Origin: Candidatus Schekmanbacteria bacterium
GTDB taxonomy: Bacteria; SZUA-182
DNA length: 64,000 nucleotides
Reading direction: 5' to 3'
Assembly (NCBI GenBank): GCA_016235675.1
Contig: JACRJN010000131.1
Coordinates: forward strand, 1,779 to 65,778
The first letter of the stretch is position 1. Every line of letters starts with the position of its first letter. Positions 28,232 through 37,412 of this stretch are shown piece by piece. A program made the position numbers and the translations under genes. The notes under the pieces are model-generated. The model ran no database searches. It saw only the letters and a program-made list of their open reading frames with translations, and was not told the origin of the DNA.

Positions 28232-28434
28232 TTTGGTAGCACAGGCTTCTAGCCTGTGATATCATTTTCTGGTTGTCATTCCCGAATGACTTTATCGGGA
28301 ATCCAGTTCTAAAGTTCTAATTGCTTGAAAAGCCATATCCCCGATAAAGACATTCGGGGATGACAGAGTGCCTTCTCAACCAGAAAATGATATGACCTGT
28401 GATGCACAGGCTAGAAGCCTGTGCTACCATACCA
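28232..28434. repeat. Nested element: family C inverted arms (GGTAGCACAGGCTTCTAGCCTGTG) enclosing a family G element
   Basis: Arms at 28232..28272 and 28390..28434 are reverse complements, with the family G copy at 28262..28372 between them. Confidence 0.8.
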
Positions 28435-29056
28435 CCCTGGCAGGGTTGCCGAATACCGTGGTATTCTCTGCCACATCCTTTAAAACCACCGCTCCGATTC
28501 CAACTTTTGACCAGCGGCCTATAATACGACCGGGAATAATCGCGGCGTTGGCTCCGATGTCGGCGCCTTCCAGAATTTTCACCCGCCCGGTAATATTCGC
28601 TCCGGGAGCGATGGTGCAATAGTCCTCCAACAGGCAATCGTGCCCGATTGTGGCATTCAGGTTGATCGTGATATGATCGCGTATATCGGTTTCACCGGCA
28701 ATGACTACGCCCGCTCCGATAATCACCCCTTTGCCCAATTTTACGCTGGGAGCGATTGTGGCCGCCGGATGCACCGCGTTGATATAATCAATATTGCCGG
28801 CCAATCTTTGTTTGATTTGCTTTTTGACTTCAGGATTGGCGATGGCCAGGATGCAGCTATAAGCTTCCGTTGTCTGATTCAGCCGGTCAATTTTGCCCAA
28901 AACCAGGATTTGGTTGATGATCAGCCCCTGTTTATCGGCCGCGTCATCCACAAACCCCGCCAGTGTAAATTGCGGGTTTAGTTCATTTTGCGCCCGCAAA
29001 ATCTCCCAAACCCCGCGGCCGTGATCCCCTGCGCCGATGATAATTATTTTTTTCAT
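28424..29056 (-). CDS. PglD/NeuD-like sugar N-acetyltransferase (hexapeptide repeat)
   Basis: 'MKKIIIIGAGDHGRGVWEIL' (Rossmann-like N-terminus) is followed by a left-handed beta-helix. The stop codon TAG is supplied by the first bases of the family C repeat. Confidence 0.7.
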   Translation of the reverse strand: MKKIIIIGAGDHGRGVWEILRAQNELNPQFTLAGFVDDAADKQGLIINQILVLGKIDRLNQTTEAYSCILAIANPEVKKQIKQRLAGNIDYINAVHPAATIAPSVKLGKGVIIGAGVVIAGETDIRDHITINLNATIGHDCLLEDYCTIAPGANITGRVKILEGADIGANAAIIPGRIIGRWSKVGIGAVVLKDVAENTTVFGNPARVVW

Positions 29057-29084
29057 GTGCATTATCCTGTAGGGTGGACACACA

Positions 29085-29246
29085 GAACGGTAGCACAGGC
29101 ATCTTGCCTGTGATGTGGGCAACGCCCACACAAAAACGGTGCAATGACTGGAAGTTGTTGGGTAAATCGAAAGCTTCCATTCTATGCCGCAACACACAGG
29201 CTGGAAGCCTGTGCTACCCTACCCAATGGTGGGCACAGCCCACCCT
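29085..29246. repeat. Family C inverted pair plus family J palindrome
   Basis: 'ggtagcacaggcatcttgcctgtg' ... 'cacaggctggaagcctgtgctacc' is followed by 'ggtgggcacagcccaccctac'. Confidence 0.75.
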
Positions 29247-29850
29247 ACTTTTTCCAATAATCCGCCTTGGCCAGATCCTCTTCTCTTGATATTAAAGCCG
29301 GAAAAGTCAGCAGCAATATCTTGCAATCCAGAAGAAAGGACAGGTGGCGGATATATTCTATATCGTATTCGATTCTTTTATCCCAATCAATGGATTTCCG
29401 TCCGCTGACCTGAGCCAGACCGCTAATTCCCGGCCTTATAAGCAGCCTTTGCCTTTGATGGGGCGTATATTGATCCACCTGATATTTTAACGTCGGACGC
29501 GGCCCGATGATGCTCATATCGCCGCGCAAGATATTGATCCCCTGGGGCAATTCATCCAACCCGCTGACGCGCAACCATTGGCCGATGCGGGTCACCCTGG
29601 GGTCGTTTTTCTCCACCAGTATCCCCGCTCCCATTTTGGCGGCATTGGGCAGCATGGTGCGGAATTTGTATAAATCAAATAACTTGCCGTCTTTGCCTAC
29701 CCGCTCCTGGCTGAAAAATACCGTCCCTTTAGAATCCAATTTTATCAGCAGGGCGATGATTAGCATGGGAATAAGCATCAGCGACAAAATGACCAGGATG
29801 AAAATTATGTCTAACGCCCGCTTAAAATATTTGGAATAAAGCCCGTTCAT
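29245..29850 (-). CDS. Undecaprenyl-phosphate sugar phosphotransferase (PglC/WbaP C-terminal-domain type)
   Basis: 'MNGLYSKYFKRALDII' plus one TM helix and the conserved bacterial sugar transferase domain. The tracked upstream start lies in the repeat. Confidence 0.8.
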   Translation of the reverse strand: MNGLYSKYFKRALDIIFILVILSLMLIPMLIIALLIKLDSKGTVFFSQERVGKDGKLFDLYKFRTMLPNAAKMGAGILVEKNDPRVTRIGQWLRVSGLDELPQGINILRGDMSIIGPRPTLKYQVDQYTPHQRQRLLIRPGISGLAQVSGRKSIDWDKRIEYDIEYIRHLSFLLDCKILLLTFPALISREEDLAKADYWKK

Positions 29851-29866
29851 TATTTTCCATTTCCAT

Positions 29867-29950
29867 CTTTGGTAGCACAGGCTTCCCATCCTGTGACACA
29901 GGCAAGATGCCTGTGCTACCGGAGGCAGGGATAAAGCCCTGCGCTACGAC
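29867..29950. repeat. Family C/A hybrid GTAG element
   Basis: 'ggtagcacaggcttcccatcctgtgacacaggcaagatgcctgtgctaccgg..cagggataaagccctgcgctacg'. Confidence 0.75.
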
Positions 29951-31474
29951 TTATTTCAGCAAATGTTTCTGCACCTTGCCCGATGCGGTCTTGGGCAATT
30001 GAGCCACAAATTCCACCACTTTGGGGACTTTATAGGAGGCCAGATTCCTGGCGCAGAAGATCAGCAGTTCTTCCTTGTTTACGAGTTGTCCATCTTTGCT
30101 GACGATATAGGCTTTGACCGCCTCGCCTAAAATCTCATCCGGCATCCCCACCACCGCCGCTTCATAAACGGCGGGATGGGAGATCAATACCGCCTCGACT
30201 TCTTTGGCGCTGATCTTTTCACCCCTGCAATTGATAATATCACTCTTGCGCCCCTTGATAAAAATAAAACCGTCTTCATCAATTGTGGCCATATCGCCGG
30301 TATGCAGACCGTCCTTTTGGAGCACCCGCCCGGTTTCCACCGGGTTGTTCAAATAACCCTTCATCACGTTGGAGCCGCGGATTACGATTTCCCCCGTTTC
30401 GCCGGGAACTACCTCCCGCCCGTCCGGATTCAGCACCCGCACTTGCACATTAGGGATCGCCTTGCCGATGGAGCCGATCTTCTCCCTGGCGTATTTAAAA
30501 TCCAGATAAGTGGCGCGGGGGGCAACCTCGGAACAGCCGTAATTGTTAATAATCTCCACACCGGGAAAAGCGCTCAGCAACCTTTCGATGATGGCGGGAT
30601 AAATCGGGCCGCCGGCGTTCAGGATATAGCGCAAGCTCGACAAATTATAGGTTGGCAGATTGCCGATGCGCAGTAGAATATTATAGGTTGTCGGAACCCC
30701 GCCGAAGCCGGTCACCCCCTCCTGCCCGACTAAGCTTAGCGCCCGCTGGGGAAAAAGAAAATCGCGCATCAGGGTAATAGTGCCGCCCGCTCTTAAAACG
30801 GTCAGCATTTGCGATAGCGCATAGGAATAGAACAGAGGCAGAAATATCAAGGTGTTATCATCTTCGGTCAGCCTTAAGTAATGGACTATCGAATTTACAT
30901 TGGAGAGGATATTCAAATGGGTTAAGACCACCCCTTTGGGCTGTCCGGTGGTGCCGGAGGTATAGATAATAACCGCCTCATCGGCATCGATTAAGGATAG
31001 GCCGGGATGATCATTCGCCCCCTCCTCCGTTTGCAGGTTCCAAAACTGAATACGCCCGTCTCCGGCTATTTTGGGATCAGTTGTCAGGACGATCGCTTGC
31101 TGAACAGTTGTCAGATGCGGCAGAGTCTGGTTTATAAAGGAATCAGTTGCCAGATTGGTCAGTAACATCCGGGTTTGGCAGTTTTCCAGAATATATTGCA
31201 ACTCCCTTAATTTCAATTGGGTATTGACGGGAACAACGACCGCGCCGATCCTTATCAGCGCAAAATAGGCGATGATAAACTCCGGAGCGTTGGTAATGAA
31301 CAGGGCGGCCTTTTCACCTTTGGCGATCCCCTGCCCGATTAATTTCCGGGCGCATTGATTGATCTTGCGCTCCAACTCCCGGTAGCTATACCTTTGGCCA
31401 TCGAAAATCAGGGCGGTTTTATCCGGGGTTTTCAGGCTGGTCTGAGTTATTATCTCGCCGATGGTGTAGATCAA
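29951..31474 (-). CDS. AMP-dependent acyl-CoA/acyl-ACP synthetase (ANL family)
   Basis: Carries the AMP-binding motif 'IIYTSGTTGQPKG', an 'ASGK' C-terminal lysine motif and a probable TTG start. Confidence 0.8.
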   Translation of the reverse strand: MIYTIGEIITQTSLKTPDKTALIFDGQRYSYRELERKINQCARKLIGQGIAKGEKAALFITNAPEFIIAYFALIRIGAVVVPVNTQLKLRELQYILENCQTRMLLTNLATDSFINQTLPHLTTVQQAIVLTTDPKIAGDGRIQFWNLQTEEGANDHPGLSLIDADEAVIIYTSGTTGQPKGVVLTHLNILSNVNSIVHYLRLTEDDNTLIFLPLFYSYALSQMLTVLRAGGTITLMRDFLFPQRALSLVGQEGVTGFGGVPTTYNILLRIGNLPTYNLSSLRYILNAGGPIYPAIIERLLSAFPGVEIINNYGCSEVAPRATYLDFKYAREKIGSIGKAIPNVQVRVLNPDGREVVPGETGEIVIRGSNVMKGYLNNPVETGRVLQKDGLHTGDMATIDEDGFIFIKGRKSDIINCRGEKISAKEVEAVLISHPAVYEAAVVGMPDEILGEAVKAYIVSKDGQLVNKEELLIFCARNLASYKVPKVVEFVAQLPKTASGKVQKHLLK

Positions 31475-31485
31475 TTTTATTTCCC

Positions 31486-31702
31486 TTTAACCACGGAAGC
31501 CACGGAAGCCACGGAAAATCAAACTATTCTCCCCCTCTTTGGCAAAGAGGGGTCGGGGGAGATTTTAAAATTGCTTTCAACCATCAAGTATTTTTAATTA
31601 CTTATGGGAAAATGACAATTTGAAAATCCCCCTTTATCCCCCTTTGCTAAAGGGGGAATTATTATTGATACTTTTCCGTGCCTTCCGTGCCTTCCGTGGT
31701 TA
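31486..31702. repeat. Family E composite palindrome (CCACGGAAG x3 arrays flanking two inner hairpins)
   Basis: 'ccacggaagccacggaagccacggaa' at 31488 is mirrored by 'ttccgtgccttccgtgccttccgtgg' at 31672. Inner hairpins are 'ccctctttggcaaagaggg' and 'cccctttgctaaagggg'. Confidence 0.8.
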
Positions 31703-31951
31703 ACTCTTGTTAGATTTCCTCTCGATATAACCCGCCAAAGACCCCATATCGGCAAAGACTTCCGGGCCGACATCTTCATCCGCCACCCTGATCCCGAATT
31801 CGACCTCCAAGCCGCCGATCAAATCGATCATCCCGATGGAATCGATCCCGATCTCTTTGAGCGCTTGAGCCTCCGATATATCAGAGACTTCCTGATTGGC
31901 GATTCCGGCCACTAATTTTTTCAACCTGATATTTATTTCATTGGTACTCAT
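31700..31951 (-). CDS. Acyl carrier protein
   Basis: 83 aa with a 'GIDSIGMIDL' phosphopantetheine-attachment Ser motif. It lies immediately upstream of the acyl ligase on the same strand. Confidence 0.7.
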   Translation of the reverse strand: MSTNEINIRLKKLVAGIANQEVSDISEAQALKEIGIDSIGMIDLIGGLEVEFGIRVADEDVGPEVFADMGSLAGYIERKSNKS

Positions 31952-33203
31952 TTTTCACCCGAACTAAAATGTCGTTCAATTTATCGGCTATGTTTTTGCG
32001 CATAAAATTTTTCAGCACATAATCCCGCCCGGTTTGCCCTTGCCGCTCCCGCTCCTGCCTTGATAAACGGGAATAATTCAAGACCGCATCGGCTAATCCC
32101 CGATCATCCCCCGGAGCAACTACCACTCCCGCCCCCGATGCCTCGATAATCTGCCTGGTATCCCCGCAGGCGCAGGCGATAACCGGCGATCCCGCCGCCA
32201 GATAATCGAAGGTCTTATTTTGCACCATGCCGTGAAAAACCGGCTCATCCCGCAAGGGCAGAAGGCAGACGTCGGCTGTGCCCAAATAGGCGGGCACCGT
32301 TTTCTTAGAGATCGGATCAAGAAAAATCAGGTTTTCCAGTTTCCATTCCTCCCTGGTTTTGAGCAATTCAGGCTTTTCATCCCCGTCGCCGATCAAGAGA
32401 AAGGCGATCTGGGGATATGCCTTTAAACGCCGCGCCGCTTTTAATATTACTTGCAAGTTGTTGACCATCCCGAAAGCGCCGACGTAAATCGCTACGAATT
32501 TATTCTCCAATCCCAATTGGCATTTCAATGCCTCCTGCTTGGGGATGTGATCGAAAATATCCAAATCCACCCCGTGCGGGACTACTTCCACCTTAGAGGC
32601 TTCTATTCCCCTTTGTATGATCTGTTTACGAAACCCGTTAGTTACCGCCACGACACAATCCGCCTGGCGATAAAGAAAATTGGCTAACCCTTGCCCCAGT
32701 CTTGCGATTTTGCTTTCCGGCTTGAACACCCCTAAGGCCACTACCGCCTCCGGCCAGGGATCGCGGATTTCAAAGACAAAGGGAATGCGCTTTAAAAGCC
32801 CCAGGAGCCAGCCGGGAATCCCCACAAATAAAGGGGTGGAGGAAGCCAAAACCAAATCGGCCTTTTCCTGCCATCCGGCGACAAAAGCCATGAGCATAAA
32901 AGAAAGGTGGTTGAGGAGACGTTTTTTGACGTTGATTTTGCCGTCATCCCCGCGGTAATTGGCATAAACGTAGGTTCTTAAAACCCGAACCCCGGCGACT
33001 TGTTCCCCGGTAATTAATTTGCCTTTGTAGCGATCGGGAATCAACCCGGTACGGTAGTTTTGCGAACCGGTGATCACCGTTACCTGATGCCCCCGTTTTT
33101 GCAGTTCCGTAGCCGAAGCAAAGTGCCTCCCGGCTCCGGCTTCCTCAGGCAGATTGAAGTATTGGGCGATGTAAATTATTTTCATGTTTTGAAATTCTGT
33201 CAT
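31938..33203 (-). CDS. Glycosyltransferase family 4
   Basis: GT-B fold with N- and C-terminal Rossmann halves. Confidence 0.8.
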   Translation of the reverse strand: MTEFQNMKIIYIAQYFNLPEEAGAGRHFASATELQKRGHQVTVITGSQNYRTGLIPDRYKGKLITGEQVAGVRVLRTYVYANYRGDDGKINVKKRLLNHLSFMLMAFVAGWQEKADLVLASSTPLFVGIPGWLLGLLKRIPFVFEIRDPWPEAVVALGVFKPESKIARLGQGLANFLYRQADCVVAVTNGFRKQIIQRGIEASKVEVVPHGVDLDIFDHIPKQEALKCQLGLENKFVAIYVGAFGMVNNLQVILKAARRLKAYPQIAFLLIGDGDEKPELLKTREEWKLENLIFLDPISKKTVPAYLGTADVCLLPLRDEPVFHGMVQNKTFDYLAAGSPVIACACGDTRQIIEASGAGVVVAPGDDRGLADAVLNYSRLSRQERERQGQTGRDYVLKNFMRKNIADKLNDILVRVKNEYQ

Positions 33204-33285
33204 TGCGAGGCAGCCTTATCGCCGAAGCAATCTCAGACATACGAGATTGCTTCACTCCTTCGTCGTTCGCAATGACAATTCTGAA
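33192..33285. repeat. Family D long hairpin
   Basis: 'tgtcattgcgaggcagccttatcgccgaagcaatctcagacatacgagattgcttc..cgcaatgaca'. Confidence 0.8.
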
Positions 33286-33288
33286 ATT

Positions 33289-34467
33289 TTAACCAATTTG
33301 CCCCTTCACCTGTACCCTGTTCTCATAAATCCGCTCAATCGCCTCACAAACCTTGATTACCTTCTCTTCCGGCAAGTGGGTAAACAAGGGCAGGCAGCAA
33401 ATCCTTTTACAAACCCAGGCGGTGGCCGGTAATTGATCCTGATATTGCTGATAATAATCTTTATAGGCGTCCTGCTCATGCACCGGGGGATAAAAATATT
33501 TTCTGGTCATGATATTTTCCGGCTTCAGGGCGGCAGATAGTTGATCGTTATTCAGACCGAATATCTCTTCATCCACCAAAACAGAGAAATAATTGTAAGA
33601 TGTGCGGGCATTGGCCTCAATCTTTTGAAAGCTTATCCCCGGCAATTTCTGCAACCTGGATTTATATAAATCTACCAGTTTATACCTGGTATTAATGCTT
33701 TCCTCTAATTTTGTCAGGCATTTACCGGCCAATAAAGCGTGCATCTCGCTCATACGGGCGTTTAAGCCGATAAACCGGGTGTTGTAGTTTCCCGGATTGC
33801 CGTAATCCCTGGCGATCTTCAGATCGGCAGCCAGTTGATCGTTATTGGTGGCGACGATCCCCCCCTCGCCGGCCACTACCAATTTGGTAGGCGCCAGGCT
33901 GAAGACCTCCGCATCTGCGAAATTCCCGGCAAATTTGCCGTGATATTTTACACCCAAAGCATGTGCCGCATCGGAAATCATTTTGAGATGATGTTTGGCG
34001 GCGATGGAGGTTAAACGATCCAGTTGCGGCGGGTTGCCGAAGATATAAACCAGCATAATGGCGCAGGTCTGCGGCGTGATTTTCTTCTCTACCTCATGCG
34101 GATCGATATTAAAGGTCTCCGGGTCGCAATCCACAAAGACCGGCTTTAAATTATTCCACAGCAGGGCATGAACCGTCGCCGGAAAGGTAAAGCTGGGGAC
34201 AATTACTTCCCCCTTCAAACCCAATAATTTCAAGCTCAACAACAAACCGGAAGTGCAACAGGAAACGGCTACCGCGTTTTTTACCTCAAGATAATCGGCG
34301 CATTCATTTTCAAAGCGTTTGACATAGCGCGCATTGGTCAGCATCCCGGAATTAAATATATCCGTTAATTCAGCGGTCAAGTCATCAACCTTCGGCAAAG
34401 TCGGCTGATTAATCGGTAATAATTGGTCGAAAGCGGGGCTGCCCCCTAAAATAGCCGGTTTTTTCAT
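33289..34467 (-). CDS. DegT/DnrJ/EryC1/StrS family sugar aminotransferase
   Basis: PLP-dependent fold with the PLP-binding lysine in context 'VFSLAPTKLVVAGEGG'. Confidence 0.85.
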   Translation of the reverse strand: MKKPAILGGSPAFDQLLPINQPTLPKVDDLTAELTDIFNSGMLTNARYVKRFENECADYLEVKNAVAVSCCTSGLLLSLKLLGLKGEVIVPSFTFPATVHALLWNNLKPVFVDCDPETFNIDPHEVEKKITPQTCAIMLVYIFGNPPQLDRLTSIAAKHHLKMISDAAHALGVKYHGKFAGNFADAEVFSLAPTKLVVAGEGGIVATNNDQLAADLKIARDYGNPGNYNTRFIGLNARMSEMHALLAGKCLTKLEESINTRYKLVDLYKSRLQKLPGISFQKIEANARTSYNYFSVLVDEEIFGLNNDQLSAALKPENIMTRKYFYPPVHEQDAYKDYYQQYQDQLPATAWVCKRICCLPLFTHLPEEKVIKVCEAIERIYENRVQVKGQIG

Positions 34468-34491
34468 TATAATTTGTCCCTTCTTGTAAAT

Positions 34492-34640
34492 AAATTGGTA
34501 GCGTTTTCAACAGAAGACCAGTAGCGTCATTGCGAGCGGAGCGAAGCAATCTCCATGCGTGCGTAGAGATTGCTTCGCTTAAGCTCGCAATGACATTTTT
34601 CAGCCGAAAGAAAATTATCCCTCAAGCCTCAAGCCTAGTT
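34492..34640. repeat. Family D long hairpin plus GAGGCTTGAGG heptamer tail
   Basis: 'ggtagcgttttcaacagaagacc..gtcattgcgagcggagcgaagcaatctc..gagattgcttcgcttaagctcgcaatgac' is followed by 'cctcaagcctcaagcc'. Confidence 0.8.
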
Positions 34641-35851
34641 TATGCCGTAATCAATTCGGCTAATTGAGCCACATTCTTTCTAATATCAAAAGATTCGCAA
34701 ACCCTTTGCCGCCCGGCTTTTCCTAACCTTTGGCGCAAATCCGGGTCGTGATATAGTTTTTTAATCGCCTCCTTCAAGGCCAAAACATCTGCGGGAGGAA
34801 CGATTAGCCCGGTTTCCATATTATGCACCAATTCGGGAATAGCGGAAATATCGGTTGAGATTACCGGCACTTCCAATGCCAGCGCTTCGATAAATACGTT
34901 GGGAAGGCCATCCTGCCGGTTACCGTTGAGTGTAACGCAAGGCAGGACAAAGACATCAGCCGACTTCATCTTTTCAATTACCTGAGGATGAGGCAAATGA
35001 TTGCTGATTTTCACCCGGTCACCTAATTGATATTTTCGGTGCAAGGCGATTATTTCCTCTTTGGCCGGGCCGTTTCCGCCGATAATCTCCGCACTAAATT
35101 CCATCCCTTCTTTTTTCAGCAGATGAAGCGCTTCGATTAAATATTTGAACCCCTTCTTTTCCACCATCCGCCCAACCGCCAGGATATTGAATTTCCCGTT
35201 GCTTCTACTCCCAAGAGGCTGATAATGATTGGGGTTCAATCCATGATAATTTACCTTAATTTTATCGGCAAAGCCGTTTTCACATAAAGTAATTAAATAT
35301 TTCTGATTAAATTGTGTACAGGTAACCATACATTTGGCTTTTTTAATCTTCTGCCGCAACCCATATGTATCTACAAAAATATCCCAGGCATGACCGGTAA
35401 AGGAAAATCCCAACCCTAAAAGCCGGGCGATTATCATGGCGCTTGCCGTAGAAGTCGTCGCCCAATGGGCATGGATATAGCGAATATTTTGTTCCTCGAT
35501 AAGTTTAGCGTAATAAACAGATTTTGGGAAGATAGCCAACGCCCTAAGGATAAAAGCTAACTCGTTAGAATTGGTAAAAAGTTCTTTTAAGACGGCTAGA
35601 TATTGCTTGGGTTTTTTCGCAAGATAATAAATATGCGCCCATAAAATCTTTAAGGATAACAGGTAGGGGCTGTAATAAACCGGCCTTTTCAGTTGATTTA
35701 ATAACGGATAATTTTTCTCCAAATCAGCCAGTTTTTTCCCCAAGGCAAATATATGTAAATCAATTCCCTGATTGGCTAATTCCAGCATCTCCCGCAGAAT
35801 AAATTCCGATCCCAGAGATGTGTTGATATAAGCTATCTTTTGTTTTGCCAT
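34640..35851 (-). CDS. Glycosyltransferase family 4
   Basis: GT-B fold with an 'EGLPNVFIEALA'-type motif. Confidence 0.8.
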   Translation of the reverse strand: MAKQKIAYINTSLGSEFILREMLELANQGIDLHIFALGKKLADLEKNYPLLNQLKRPVYYSPYLLSLKILWAHIYYLAKKPKQYLAVLKELFTNSNELAFILRALAIFPKSVYYAKLIEEQNIRYIHAHWATTSTASAMIIARLLGLGFSFTGHAWDIFVDTYGLRQKIKKAKCMVTCTQFNQKYLITLCENGFADKIKVNYHGLNPNHYQPLGSRSNGKFNILAVGRMVEKKGFKYLIEALHLLKKEGMEFSAEIIGGNGPAKEEIIALHRKYQLGDRVKISNHLPHPQVIEKMKSADVFVLPCVTLNGNRQDGLPNVFIEALALEVPVISTDISAIPELVHNMETGLIVPPADVLALKEAIKKLYHDPDLRQRLGKAGRQRVCESFDIRKNVAQLAELITA

Positions 35852-37412
35852 CTAACTTCCTTCTTTGGTAGCACAGGCTGGAAGCACATGACACAGGCTG
35901 GAAGCCTGTGTTACCGGATGCAGGGCTGAAGCCCTGCGCTACACTTTTTTGCCTCCCGGTTAAAAGCCTCCCTTTAGCTTTAACAGTAATTCCGGCCATG
36001 ATCCAAAAATAAGCCGTTAATTCATTGGAAAAAAAGCGCGCTCCCGATAAATCCAATAAAAACAGGGCGATGACACAACCCAGTAGCCCGCCGGCCAGCG
36101 CCTTAATGTAGGGATCGTCCGTCTGGCGCATTACCTGCCGGGCACTAAAAAAAACAGCCGCCAAAATCCATAAATACAAAATTAACCCGACGATTCCTTC
36201 CTCGACTGCAATCCAAATAAACGAACTATGAGCCGCTTTGGGAAACGGAAGCACCCCACATCTGACCACCACTTCCTGGAATGTTTCAAAACCCGTACCC
36301 AAGATGGGGGCTTCGGCCATCATCCGCGGCAATCCTTTCCACTGGCGTAGCCTCAATTCTGTGGAATTATCGTATTGCTGATTTTCATATTTTCCCTGCA
36401 CCCCTTCTTCCAGAAAGGTATCGTCTACCCGTTCTTCTACCGCCGGCGGCGGATGCACCAAGATCACAACTAAAGCCAACAACATAAATAAAAGCAGGCG
36501 CTTATCTTTAACCAGTCCCAGGAACAAAAGACTGGCCAAACAGGCCAGCCAGGAACCGCGGGATAAGGTGGTAAACAAGGCCAGAAAACATAAACCGGTA
36601 CCCGCTAAAAGCAGGTAATGCCGTTTGGAGGGCAGTTTCAGATATAAAGAGCAAATAAATAGCGGGGTATACATAGCCAGAAAGCCGCCATATAAATTAG
36701 GCTGATCCCCGATTACCCCGCCTCCGTTTCTGTTCCGCTCGATATAATCCGCTATTCGAAAAAAATCTTTTAACGAAAGTATTACGATAATTCCGATCGT
36801 TACTAAAAGAAAAATCAACAAACGGCGGCTATAATGCAAATCGTAAGATTTTAAGGTGATGAAATATAAAGAAACATAAATAAGCCAATTTTTAGCGACA
36901 CTTAAGCGTTCAACATCCGAACAATACGCGGAAGGCATCCTGAAAATGGATAATAAAGTAAAAAATACAAGCAGATAAACAGGTATTTTTAACGGATCGC
37001 ATCTCGAATTTTCTTGCGGCTGCTTTTGGGAAAACACGCCAAGAAATAAAATGGCCACAATAATAGTTTGGGCGTTTATTCCGGTTATGCCGAAAAAATC
37101 AGGGGGAAAGAGGTCTAAAATCGGCATAAAAAAGATAAAAAAACAAACCGCTAAATCGATTCTTACAAAGGCCAAATAAGTCCAAAAAATACCCAGGGAA
37201 AACCCTAAGAAAATCTTTACCGGATAATAAGGCAAAAATATCGCGCAAATTACCGCCGCCACAAGAACCGATAAACTTGTTTTTTCAAACCGATCAACCG
37301 AAGAGACATCAGATTTGCCGGATGTTTCGGTTGGATTTAAATAATTTAATTGATACACAGGTGAAGTGTCCACAACTTTCCTCAGTGCTATGAAATACGA
37401 CAAAACTCCCAT
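35760..37412 (-). CDS. O-antigen ligase / polymerase (Wzy-like) polytopic membrane protein
   Basis: About 10 TM helices and a large periplasmic loop. The ORF reads through the repeat at 35865..35945 and ends inside the next gene. An internal start near 37412 is preferred. Confidence 0.6.
   Translation of the reverse strand: MGVLSYFIALRKVVDTSPVYQLNYLNPTETSGKSDVSSVDRFEKTSLSVLVAAVICAIFLPYYPVKIFLGFSLGIFWTYLAFVRIDLAVCFFIFFMPILDLFPPDFFGITGINAQTIIVAILFLGVFSQKQPQENSRCDPLKIPVYLLVFFTLLSIFRMPSAYCSDVERLSVAKNWLIYVSLYFITLKSYDLHYSRRLLIFLLVTIGIIVILSLKDFFRIADYIERNRNGGGVIGDQPNLYGGFLAMYTPLFICSLYLKLPSKRHYLLLAGTGLCFLALFTTLSRGSWLACLASLLFLGLVKDKRLLLFMLLALVVILVHPPPAVEERVDDTFLEEGVQGKYENQQYDNSTELRLRQWKGLPRMMAEAPILGTGFETFQEVVVRCGVLPFPKAAHSSFIWIAVEEGIVGLILYLWILAAVFFSARQVMRQTDDPYIKALAGGLLGCVIALFLLDLSGARFFSNELTAYFWIMAGITVKAKGRLLTGRQKSVAQGFSPASGNTGFQPVSCASSLCYQRRKLDGKTKDSLYQHISGIGIYSAGDAGISQSGN
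35865..35945. repeat. Family C/A hybrid GTAG element, translated at the 3' end of the Wzy-like ORF
   Basis: 'ggtagcacaggctggaagcacatgacacaggctggaagcctgtgttaccggatgcagggctgaagccctgcgctac'. Confidence 0.8.

Noticed and set aside
31355-31779. ORFs 31355..31597 + and 31594..31779 - spanning the family E palindrome
   Set aside because: Their translations are simply the two arms of a palindrome ('ATEATEATEN..', 'HGRHGRHGK..'). They are an artefact of the inverted-repeat structure.
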